Below are positions 34,641-50,703 of a stretch of 64,000 bases of DNA, in pieces. Under the pieces are notes generated by a model. It was not told where the DNA came from and searched no databases. It was given only the letters and a program-made list of their open reading frames with translations. The stretch's first letter is position 1; each line of letters opens with the position of its first letter. Location of the stretch: contig NIVC01001770.1 in the NCBI GenBank assembly GCA_002269645.1, positions 1 through 64,000 of the forward strand. The letters are read 5' to 3'. The translations under genes were made by a program, and so were the position numbers. The DNA is from Macrostomum lignano. Lineage: Eukaryota.

Positions 34641-35212
34641 AGACGATAGCTAACTAAAGTACAAGTCCAAGGTAGAAATCAATATATTGTTACATTGAAT
34701 GAATGATTGACATTGGATAACTTTTTCGCAATCAAATGCACATGGCTGCCAATAAGGTGTGTATCAAATTCCGCATATCGGCTTGGAAATATGCAGGGTG
34801 TACAGTGCTGGGGAGTGAGAGGACAGCTGAGGGTTGGAGCAGGGCTGGCGTGGCGCATTCTGCCACTTCTCACGCCATTTCCCCTTGTCAAACACTGTTG
34901 GTTAGCTGCATCTCAGCAAGCCAACCAAAGCTGCACTACAAAATCATTGTAGCATTGTACTCATTTATTTTTGGCAGCGAACAGATGCCAACTCAGCAGG
35001 CTTGCTCTCCATTATGGAGAGAGTTTGGCGCTGAAAAATTGGGATCTAAGGAGGACTATAGCGGTGGATTGAGCTTTTTCTCTTGTCGCTTCTGTTTATC
35101 ACTCGTAGAAATTCGCCTGAGCAATACTGGATTAAATAGAAGAACACGGGATGCTTATTTTGAAGGTTCAGATGAATACTACATAGATAATTGGATTGCT
35201 AACTCATACTGT

Positions 35213-36472
35213 TAAAATCCGTGTCTAAATCTTCCCATCGTAAAATCCATGTCTAAATCTCCCATCATAAAAACCGTGTCTAAATCTCCAACCATAAAAT
35301 CCCTGTCTAAATCTCTTACTAATAAAATCCGTGTCTAAATCTCCCATCATAAAAACCGTGTCTAAATCTCCCATCGTAAAATCCGTGTCTAAATCTCCCA
35401 CCATAAAATCCGTGTCTAAATCTCCCACAATAAAATCCGTGTCTAAATCTCCCATCATAAAAACCGTGTCTGAATCTCCCACCATAAAATCCGTGTCTAA
35501 ATGTCCCACAATAAAATCCGTGTCTAAATCTCCCACAATAAAATCCGTGTCTAAATGTCCCACAATAAAATCCATGTCTAAATCTCCCACCATAAATCCG
35601 TGTCTAAATCTCCCACAATAAAATCCGTGTCTAAATCTGCCACCATAAATCCGTGTCTAAATCTCCCACAATAAAATCCATGTCTAAATCTCCCACAATA
35701 AAATCCGTGTCTAAATCTCCCACAATAAAATCCGTGTCTAAATCTCCCACAATAAAATCCGTGTCTAAATCTCCCACCATAAAATCCGTGTCTAAATCTC
35801 CCACAATAAAATCCGTGTCTAAATCTCCCACCATAAAATCCGTGTCTAAATCTCCCACCATAAAATCCGTGTCTAAATCTCCCACCATAAAATCCGTGTC
35901 TAAATCTCCCACAATAAAATCCGTGTCTAAATCTCCCACAATAAAATCCGTGTCTAAATCTCCCACCATAAAATCCGTGTCTAAATCTCCCACCATGAAA
36001 CCCGTGTCTAAATGTCCCACAATAAAATCCGTGTCTAAATCTCCCACAATAAAATCCGTGTCTAAATCTCCCACCATAAAATCCGTGTCTAAATCTCCCA
36101 CAATAAAATCCGTGTCTAAATCTCCCACAATAAAATCCGTGTCTAAATCTCCCACCATAAAATCCGTGTCTAAATCTCCCACCATGAAACCCGTGTCTAA
36201 ATCTCCCACCATAAAATCCGTGTCTAAATCTCCCACCATGAAATCCGTGTCTAAATCTCCCACTATAAAATCCGTGTCTAAATCTCCCACCATAAAATCC
36301 GTGTCTAAATCTCCCACCATAAAATCCGTGTCTAAATCTCCAACCATAAAATCCGTGTCTAAATCTCCCATTATAAAATTCGTGTCTAAATCTCCCATCA
36401 TAAAATCCGTGTCTAAATCTCCCACCATAAAATCCGTGTCTAAATCTCCCATCATAAAATCCGTGTCTAAAT
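35213..36472. repeat. 27-bp minisatellite (ataaaatccgtgtctaaatctcccacc)
   Basis: About 46 units; the in-frame period yields long ORFs on both strands. Confidence 0.95.
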
Positions 36473-36780
36473 ACCCCCCCCCCTACACAAACCACAGACT
36501 TCCGCTGAGAACAGAATTTTTCACAAGCAAAAGTGCCACGAAGACAACTACTTACCGTCAATATCGAAGATGAGAGTTTGTCGGTGTTTTATTCAACACG
36601 CTTTTAGCGATGAATAGCTATAAAGGGATCGATCATCTAAATGACGGGGTGAAGTGCAATTTACAATGCTCTTACTCCGGCCAGCTGCCTTCACCGTTTT
36701 GCAGGCTCGGTGCCCGCGCTGCTCCGAACCCTGATGCAGCAGATCCACTGGCAGATCCCTATCCGCCTCTTTTTACCTAG

Positions 36781-42447
<5,667 letters not shown>

Positions 42448-42596
42448 TTTGATTGACACCTGTAATGCCAGTCAGAGTTGCATGATATTCACATTCATAT
42501 TTCAGTTGCACTGTACCGGAAAAAGCACGCGCTAAATTGAAGAATTGACGTATTCATAGATGCAAGGAAAAACAAAGATCCCTGGCTTCCAGCGCG

Positions 42597-42611
42597 GTTA
42601 CCCATGGCAAC
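42597..42611. promoter_or_regulatory. RFX X-box motif GTTACCCATGGCAAC
   Basis: Fits GTNRCC(N0-3)RGYAAC with a perfect CCATGGCAAC half site. It lies in CpG-retaining sequence 150 bp upstream of the ATG exon at 42447. Confidence 0.55.
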
Positions 42612-43321
42612 GACATAGAAGTTATAATTAAGCTCACAGAATCCATGGTTAGATCAAGCGGAAATGAGATCCAGCAACGTTTCACGTGCGCGTGCGCAGT
42701 TTATATAGGAAATGCCAATGAAAAAACCAAGCAGCCAGCCATTCTGTTCGCTGCTGCAACAGGACGGGAAGGAAGACAGGGACACAAGAAGGAAAAACTT
42801 TTCTGTGCATGCAAAGAAAGAACCTTTGCTTATCCGGCTCGCGGTGGGGGGTTGGACGCGGCACACGCGAGCAACAAGTCATTAAATTGTAGCTAAGCCT
42901 TGGCTTTCCTCAATTCTCTCTCACTCTTGACATTCCCTTTTTCCTTCATACTCGTGTGCATGTGCGTGCTGAGAAGAGACAAATTTGGGACTTGATTAAA
43001 AATTAAGAATCTCTCTTTCTCCAATTTGAGTTTGAGGAAACTTCTGCGTGGCCAAAAGATGCAATCTTGTTTCTTAGTCTTCAGGATGCTGCCATAAGCG
43101 CGAATTTTCGGTTGGGGGCCGGCAGGAAGATTGATTCGAGTACGACGTTCAGTCAATATTCGATCGCAAACAGTAAAGACTTTTTCACACCGCCATCAAA
43201 TGAGCCATTTACCTTTACCTTTACCATTTTTGTTGCGCGCATCTGGACAAGGCATTTTGATGTTTTGTTGCTTCACGTAACTGCATGAAGTAAACCGGAG
43301 CTTTGTTGCTTTTTAGTTGTT

Positions 43322-43630
43322 GTAGCCTAAGTGGTTATAGAGCGTCGGACCATGACCTTGAGGTCGGGGGTTCGATTCCCGATCCCACTGGAACAATTTA
43401 TGTCCTTGAGCAAGACACTTAACTTAAAATGGGCGCCAGCATTAGGTAGGGTAATTTAGGATGTGTGTGGCGACCCCCCCCCCAGTCCTTGGACTGAACA
43501 GCCGTACGCAGCCTTCAGATGCGCCTCGCAATAGCTGCGGCTGAGCTTTCGGCTACACATCTGCCTATTGGGGCAGGTTTAATCAATTATTATCATTTTA
43601 TTATTAGCTATTAGCAGTCTATTTTATTAG
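43322..43630 (+). mobile_element. tRNA/CORE-like SINE (family B), copy with an internal deletion
   Basis: gtagcctaagtggtt (A box), gggttcgattccc (B box), ccttgagcaagacacttaact/taaaatggg and an (att)-rich tail. Confidence 0.8.
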
Positions 43631-43929
43631 ACCACTCCACTAAATTAAAAGTACATGCTCGACCTGGCTTCTTTTGTCTTTCAACAGACAGCATCTGATT
43701 GAACATGTAAAATTAGTCAGGACAGCTGCGAGAGCACGCGCCAGTGAACGCTGCCGCCAGCTCATGCGAATCCGGACTGACGGAGCTGACAAGCTGGGAC
43801 TTTGTAGCTCTGCCGCAAAAAGTTTAGCTCAGGGGGGGGGAGCACACAGCTCGAACTCTCCTGATGGCTGTCTTTTTTCTGCTGAAGATTTGCTCAGGAA
43901 TATAAGACGATTTTTTATGGGGATTAGGA

Positions 43930-44392
43930 GGGTGACAGGCCAGCAGTCTGTATTAGAAGGGTGACAGCAGTCTGCGTAAGGATGGTGACAGCAGTCTGTT
44001 AGGATGGTGACAGCAGTCTGTTAAGATAGTGACAGCAGTCTGCGTAAGGATGGTGACAGCAGTCTGTTAGGATGGTGACAGCAGTCTGTTAAGATGGTGA
44101 CAGCAGTCTGTGTAAGGATGGTAACGCAGACAGTAATAGGAGGGTGACAGCAGTCCATAATAGGAGGGTGACAGCAGTCTGTAATAAGAAGGTGACAACA
44201 GTCTGGGTAAGGAGGGTGACAGCAGTCTGTGTAAGGGGGTGACAGCAGTATGTAATAGGAGGGTGACAGCAGTCTGTAATAGGGGGGTGATAGCAGTCTG
44301 TTAGGAGGGTGACAGCATTCTGTGTAAGGAGGGTGACAGCAGTCTGTTAGGAGGGTGACAGCATTCTGTGTAAGGAGGGTGACAGCAGTCTA
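43930..44392. repeat. About 21-bp minisatellite (ggtgacagcagtctg..taggag)
   Basis: Diverged tandem units. Confidence 0.88.
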
Positions 44393-44622
44393 ACAGCGAG
44401 TGCAGCTCCTGGAAAGCAAGGAAAGTCAGAGAAACAATCAAGGTCTGCTATTGCTATCAATAAGGCGAGCTGTTGGTTTAACAAGGTGACAAAAAGATGA
44501 TTTATTTTATAATTGTGCTTCAGTCGCAGGACAGCTCACGAATTTAAACTGTTACAGGACACTTATCGGAAACAAATGAAACAAAATGCCAGTTAAAAAA
44601 TGCCTATTTTAAAACACACAGA

Positions 44623-47483
44623 TTAGCGAATAACAAACACTGGAAATTCAACTACGGTGGTGCCGCGAAGCAGATCGGCGAGGCTCTGGTTGCAGTCTAT
44701 CGGCACAGCTTGTCGCCCTGGTCAAGCCGGCACAGGCTGCAGTCCGGCTGCTGGCTCGGCCACAGGTGACGCCAGCGTTGCAAAATCTCGGACAGTCGGC
44801 TAGTGTCCGGAGCGGAGGCAAATTTTCGTCCAGTTGGAAATCGAGCCTCAACGGTCCAGTGGACTGCGGGCGCCGAACCTGACTGGCTGTTGCGCCTGCC
44901 GGCCTGCCTGAGGTGGCTGCGGTTGCACCGCCTGCGAGACATGCCGGCCGGCATGAACACCAGCTCGATGCCGCGGCTGGCGCGACAGAATGCCTGCGGC
45001 GGTTGCGGGGAGCCTAGCATGTTAGTGACAGCCTGCCTGTATGTCTGTGTGACAGTCTGCCTATCTGTGTGACAGTTGTAGTGTGAGCATCTTTTGCGTA
45101 TTCTATTAGTTAGGTTTTGCATTATTGTTATTGAATTATTATTTTGCTTTAGTTTAGTCATGCGTTTTTGATGTACTGTTCTTGTTAGTTAAAATCTAAA
45201 ATTATAAACAGGTTAGAAGTTAGACGCCAATTCTCTGACTCAGCGGAGGGTTGAGTTTTCTGCGAACCCCAGCTTTGCGCGGCCAGCCAATCAGAACCGG
45301 CCTGGACCCTGGCACGCGGCAAGTTCCAATTCTACCCGGCGCCGCGGGCACAGTGCAATTCGGCTTAGCGGGCGGCCGGCCAGACGACCACCACCCGGCT
45401 TGAGGGGGGGGTTGTGAGGGTTTGACTCTGACTATATATGAAAGTGTGTTTGGCAATTGGATATCACTTTTTCCCTTTCTCGCCTTCTTCCCCCGGTTCT
45501 TGGTTTTGTCCCGGTTTCCCGGCTGTTCGCCCGATCTTTTTGGTTCGCGCTTTGAGGCGTTTGAGTTCGTCACCCCCGGTCCATATTTTTGTTCCCCGCC
45601 CGACCTCTTCAGTCTTGTAGCGTAACGATTCGGCATCCTTGTCTGACGTCGTCGCTATCAAGCGCGGTTTAGATAGAGACTGTCGGATCTGATCAAGTAC
45701 GCGGCCTCGATCCTGAGGGCCTCAGTGTCACACTGAAGGGCAGTGCTGATAGAATTTAGTCAGTGCTCCGTTGAACGGTCAATTCGGCAGGGCTCTCGTT
45801 GAGTGTAGGTTCTGGTTTAGGCCAGGGGTTAGGAGTCTTCTCCGTGGTCGTGTTCGGTTCTTCTTCCTCTTTCTCAGCTGAGATCCGCTTGCCAGTTGCG
45901 TTATTAATTTATTATCGCTAATCGTTGTATCGTTGTTACTCGTTATCATCAGTGTCAATTTATCTGCGCCGTGAATCGTATTGAGAACCTTGTAACTTAT
46001 CATAGCTTGTCAAATTAAACCGTCGATCAAGTTTAGTTATTCTTGAAATAGGATTATCACTCTCTAAATCTATTCGGTTCGTGTTCCCTCGTGTTCTTTC
46101 TTTTCTTGTACTGTACCTGCGGCTGTTGAAGAAGACTGGTAGGACTCGCCGACCGGCGATAGGCGATTAGGGCCAATAGCTTTAAAATCTCCGAACGCTC
46201 CAAGTAGGTTTGTCTAGGGCCTAAATAATTGCTTATCGTGCATGCTATATACATTTATTGTATCTATCACACAGTCTGCCTGTCTGTGTGACAGTCTGCC
46301 TGTGTGATAGTCTGCCTGTCTGTGTGACAGTCAGCCTGTCTGTGACAGTCACAGTCAGCCTGTCTGTGTGACAGTCTGTCTGTCTGTGTGACAGTCGTCT
46401 GTGTGACAGTCAGCCTGTGTGATAGTCTGCCTGTGTGATAGTCTGCCTGTCTGTGTGACAGTCTGCCTGTGTGATAGTCTGCCTGTCTGTGTGACAGTCT
46501 GCCTGTCTGTGTGACAGTCTGCCTGTGTGATAGTCTGCCTGTCTGTGTGACAGTCTGCCTGTCTGTCTATGTGATAGTCTGCCTATCTGTCTGTGATAGT
46601 CTGCCTGTCTGTCTGTCTGTATATCTATTATTTCTATCTATCAATCTATCTATTATCTATCTATCTATAGAAGAATTTGAGGACCCTTGGATAATTAAAA
46701 TATCGGAATTAATATCAATATCATTTTTACCTGAAGCTCTCGCTGCTGCTTGCTGGGTCCGCGGGCTCCGCTGCCACCGCCGCCAACAGGAGTGCACAGC
46801 GACTGCCGCAACCGCATCACTCGGTCTAGGCTGTGATCGACAGACTCCAGGAATCGATAGTCGCTTAATAGATTGGCATCTGTGAAGCTTTTCAATGGTA
46901 CAAACTCTGTGGGATCGCGCTTGCCGCTGCACCCGGTGGCAACTTTGTGAGCTGTTGAGCAGGTTAGAGAACAGGTGTGCTCAAGGCAGCTTGGGCAGGT
47001 GTATCGAGCTGCCCAAGTGTTGCAGCGCTGGCACTGGCCTAAGCGATTGCTTGCTTGTTCCATCTGCTGTTGTGGCAGTTCCATCTGTTGTTGTGGCTGT
47101 TCCATCTGTTGTTGTGGCTGTTCCATCTGTTGTTGTGGCTGTTCCATCTGTTGTTGTGGCTGTTTCATCTGTTGTTGTGGCTGTTCCATCTGTTGTTGTG
47201 GCTGTTCCATCTGTTGTTGTGGCTGTTCTATCTGTTGTTGTGGCTGTTTCATCTGTTGTTGTGGCTGTTTCATCTGTTGTTGTGGCTGTTCCATCTGCTG
47301 TTGTGGCTGTTCCATCTGTTGTTGTGGCTGTTCCATCTGCTGTTGTGGCTGTTCCATCTGCTGTTGTGGCTGTTCCATCTGTTGTTGTGGCTGTTCCATC
47401 TGCTGTTGTGGCTGTTCCATCTGCTGTTGTGGCAGTTCCATCTGTTGTTGTGGCTGTTCCATCTGTTGTTGTGGCTGTTCCAT
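44623..47483 (-). CDS. ZNHIT6: Box C/D snoRNA assembly factor ZNHIT6/BCD1 (zf-HIT); N-terminal (MEQPQQQ)20 repeat and a 1-nt frameshift near the C-terminus
   Basis: Exon 47483-46731 encodes CQRCNTWAARYTCPSCLEHTCSLTCSTAHK...GCSGKRDPTEFVPLKSFTDANLLSDYRFLE (donor cag|gtaaaa). The exon from 44993 encodes AFCRASRGIELVFMPAGMSRRRCNRS...HWTVEARFP...PDTSRLSEILQRW and stops at 44697. The conserved-looking tail IDCNQSLADLLRGTTVVEFPVFVIR* lies in the adjacent frame, 44700-44623. Confidence 0.9.
45077..46271. mobile_element. Putative solo LTR (Ty3/Gypsy-like, 4-bp TSD) inserted in a minisatellite within a ZNHIT6 intron
   Basis: 1195 bp of unique sequence starting TGT and ending CA, flanked by cagt/cagt. 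It splits the gtgacagtctgcctgtctgt array into 45022-45076 and 46272-46620. On the plus strand it contains a CCAAT (about 45287), a TATA (about 45433) and an Inr-like tcact about 30 nt downstream. Confidence 0.6.
46272..46670. repeat. (gtgacagtctgcctgtctgt)n followed by (tatc)n, in a ZNHIT6 intron
   Basis: Continues the array at 45022-45076 across the LTR-like insert. Confidence 0.9.
47064..47483 (-). repeat. 21-bp repeat x20 (atggaacagccacaacaacag), in frame with ZNHIT6
   Basis: (47483-47063)/21 = 20 units. Confidence 0.95.
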
Positions 47484-47988
47484 CTGCTGCTATGGCTATG
47501 ATTAGCTATTTATTATATTGTATAGAAGTTTCATGCAGGTTATAAATTAATTTGTGGATAATTTAAATGCTATAAATTCACATCAATTAGACTGCAAGAA
47601 TCTTAGAAAACTAAGACTTGAATGATCATTTCATTGGATAGTTGGAACTATTGATTTTATATATGAGGGTTAGGGTTAGGCTAATAAAAATAAATGTTGC
47701 CAATTTTAAAACAAAGAGAACTCTTCACTTAAGTTTTAGGGTTAGGGACTTGAGCAAAATATTTTTGATGCTATGTACCTGTTTACCTGTTGACATTGTG
47801 GGCCAAAGATAGTAGGCCTATGTAGGGCTTTCAATGCAAAGGGAGATTTTTAAGTCTTTGGGGTTATATTATATAGATTTTTAGCACATTAAAATAATTA
47901 TCTGGCACAATTTGACCCTTGGCCAAAACAAAGTATTAATAACATATAAAAAATAAATTCAGTTAAGATAAATAAAGTTGGCCTAAGC

Positions 47989-48691
47989 CAGGGGTCAGAA
48001 ACCTCCAGCCTATAGGCCAGATCTAGCCTGCAAAGACTTTCTATGTGGCCCACAAACTTCCTTTATCTTCATTATTATAATCTGGCCTACACCTTTATTG
48101 TAACTTCATTGTTTCATCCACAAAAGTTTTGTGCACAAAAAATAGAGATTTTCTTTTCTCAATTGCCAACTTTAATGACAAATAATAATGAGACACAAAC
48201 TGAGTATAAGTGGCTGTTTACAAAGTCTAGACTAGGCCTAGACAATATATCAGTTAAAACTAGAATAGAATAGAAATAGGGAAACTGGCCACAAAGGAAA
48301 GTGAGATGGTGATAGGCTAATAATGAGGGGGTAAATGTAGTAATGTACTAAAGACCCAGAGGGCAGATTCCAGAAGGTAAAGACCCAGGAGGGCAGATTC
48401 TAGAGAAAGACCCAGGGAGCAGATTCTGGAGGGTAAAGACCCTAGAAGGGAGGGTAGATTCTGGAGGATAAAGACCTAAAGGGTGTACTCTAAAGTAAAG
48501 ACCCAAGGGGCAGATTCTTGAAAGTAAAGACCCAAGGGGCAGATTCTAGAGGGTAAAGACCTAAGACCTAATGAGGGGGGCAGAGCAATCAAGAAGGGAC
48601 AGAATAATTAAGGAGGGGGCAACCTGTGGCTTATGGTCTTGAACTAAAAACCTCATCTGGCCCTCAAGTGGAAAAAGGTTGCCGACCCCTG
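47989..48691 (+). mobile_element. hAT/Charlie-type MITE (CpG-eroded) with aaagaccc...gggcagattc interior repeats
   Basis: Ends caggggtcagaaacct and aggttgccgacccctg. Perfect 8-bp TSD gcctaagc at 47981-47988 and 48692-48699. Confidence 0.85.
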
Positions 48692-49438
48692 GCCTAAGCC
48701 TTTGACTTTGGCCTTATGCCTTTATATTGCTTCAACTCACAATCTAGTCTTAGATAATGTTTATTGTATACTAGAATGTCCTTAACTAAATTTACAAATG
48801 CATGCCAATGCTAAGCAGATACACTAGGCCTAAATCTTTCAGAATATAGGCTTCAACTACCTATTTAAATCTCTAAATTAAGATAGGTAAAATTCTAATA
48901 TCTAAGATGGCAATTATTTTTTCTAATAGACTTAGGTGGCCCTACCTAAATATTAGGCCTATCATTTAACATCATTAGGATTAGGCCCTGGGATATAAAA
49001 TTACTCATTACTCATTACTACATTAATTAAGCCTAGGCCTATCTATATAAGCCCTATAATTTATATACATTTCCATTACTGGCATTAGACCTAGCAGCTA
49101 ATGAAAAATCCAATGATTACTGCTTAGGCCCTAGGTTCTAGGGCCTAAACATTTTTAGGGAGCCTAGCCCTAGGTCATATTATTGGAGTATTGATCATAT
49201 TTAAAAGGTTTTAGGTCTAGTCAAAATTTCGCTTAAAAATTCCATTGTGTGATAGTAGGCCTACGACGCTTGGGCTAGGTTAGGCCTATATAACCTATAG
49301 TATAGCGTATAGGCCTAGCCAGCCAGTATAGGCCTAGGGTTAGGCTTTGCATCAGCATTAGGCCTATTTAGTCAGAAAGCATAGGCCTAGGCTAAAAAAG
49401 GCCTAGGGCTATAAAATTGATATATGATAAATGTTTAC

Positions 49439-49569
49439 TTCGATTTTTCCTAGGGCGATTCCTACTATACAATACAAGCCACACTGAAAGCAAGCCGCCG
49501 TATTGGTATAAGTGCCAAGTACGCAGCATATGATTTGAACTAACTCCAGCTCATGCACGTGCAAGTAGT
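49439..49569. promoter_or_regulatory. Candidate bidirectional promoter / first-exon region between ZNHIT6 and GSAP, with a palindromic E-box
   Basis: Outward-facing donors: minus-strand gaa|gtaaac at 49438 and plus-strand agt|gtaagt at 49570. tgCACGTGca at 49554-49563. CpGs reappear here after a CpG-poor block. Confidence 0.35.
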
Positions 49570-50703
49570 GTAAGTGTATAATAATACAACCACCACCACC
49601 ACCATGTTTGTCGAGGTCACTGCTCTAAACTAATAAACCTAATAAAACCTTTTTATTTTAACTAACTTAACTAACATAAATGAACAAATTCTTAATTTCA
49701 CTTTTGTATTCTGTTCATTCGCTACTTTGTTAAACTAATCAATGAGTCAATGCAGTGTTTTAAATTCAAAGCACCGAACTAATTTCAAAGCATCTTTTAC
49801 AATAACTCGGCAAATCGTCGTCAAATCGTCTTTATAAACTTCTATTTCGAAAATTTTTCCAAATACATAGCTCTATAATATATTGGCCAAACAGGCTAAT
49901 TGCCTGAGCCAAATTCTCTCTTAAAAACAAAAAAAAACTTTTTGGCTTGAGTTGAGATGATAGTACCGTTTCTGTCAAAAATAGTCAACAAAAAGATATA
50001 AATGATGCATGCAATGAATACAATAGGACTAATTGTGATGAATTAGACGCTTTAGATACTATCTTTTTGTGAATCATGTTTTAGTAGGTCTACATTCATT
50101 GTTAAATGTAAAAGTAGTGTTTTTTGCTAGAAAACTAGAAAACTTCATTTCATTATTTAAAAGGGTTACATCGAGAAGAGGAGAAGCCTTTGTTTATAAA
50201 AAGAATTTCAATTGTTAAGCAGTATTTAAAATACTTGTATGACTGGACTGTATTGTTTATTGGTCATGTTTTTTGAACAAAAAACAAGCTAAGTTTTAGT
50301 TGCTTTTTACTCACTGTTAGGTATCTTTTGTTTGCATAATTTCCTTATAGCTTATTTTAGAGACAAAATACACGACTTCTGATACCTCAAGCCTATTTTC
50401 AGTGACATACAGGCATAAAATACGACACAGTACTGTTTTGGTCTTTTATATTGCTAATGTTAGTCAACTAATTAAATTTTAAAAATTAAAACATTATTTA
50501 TTGTTTTACTCATACTTAACTCTTTATAATTGTAATGATTTAATCATATAACTTTGGTACTTAGCTACCAATCATTTATACTAATTTTTAAATAGCTATT
50601 ATATTAATTCTTATTTTCTCTATAAATTTGATTACTTAATCAAAAAAGTAGTATTTTACTGATTTTTCTTGCACTCTGATTATTTTTGCTCAAATAATTC
50701 TTG

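Noticed and set aside
35578-36573. ORFs (GRFRHGFYG)n, (MVGDLDTDF)n and (KSVSKSPTI)n resembling neuropeptide or structural repeats
   Set aside because: They come from a 27-bp array open in several frames on both strands, with no signal peptide or splice linkage.
47666-47750. Two short TTAGGG doublets
   Set aside because: Too short to call an interstitial telomere; expected in TA/GG-rich DNA.
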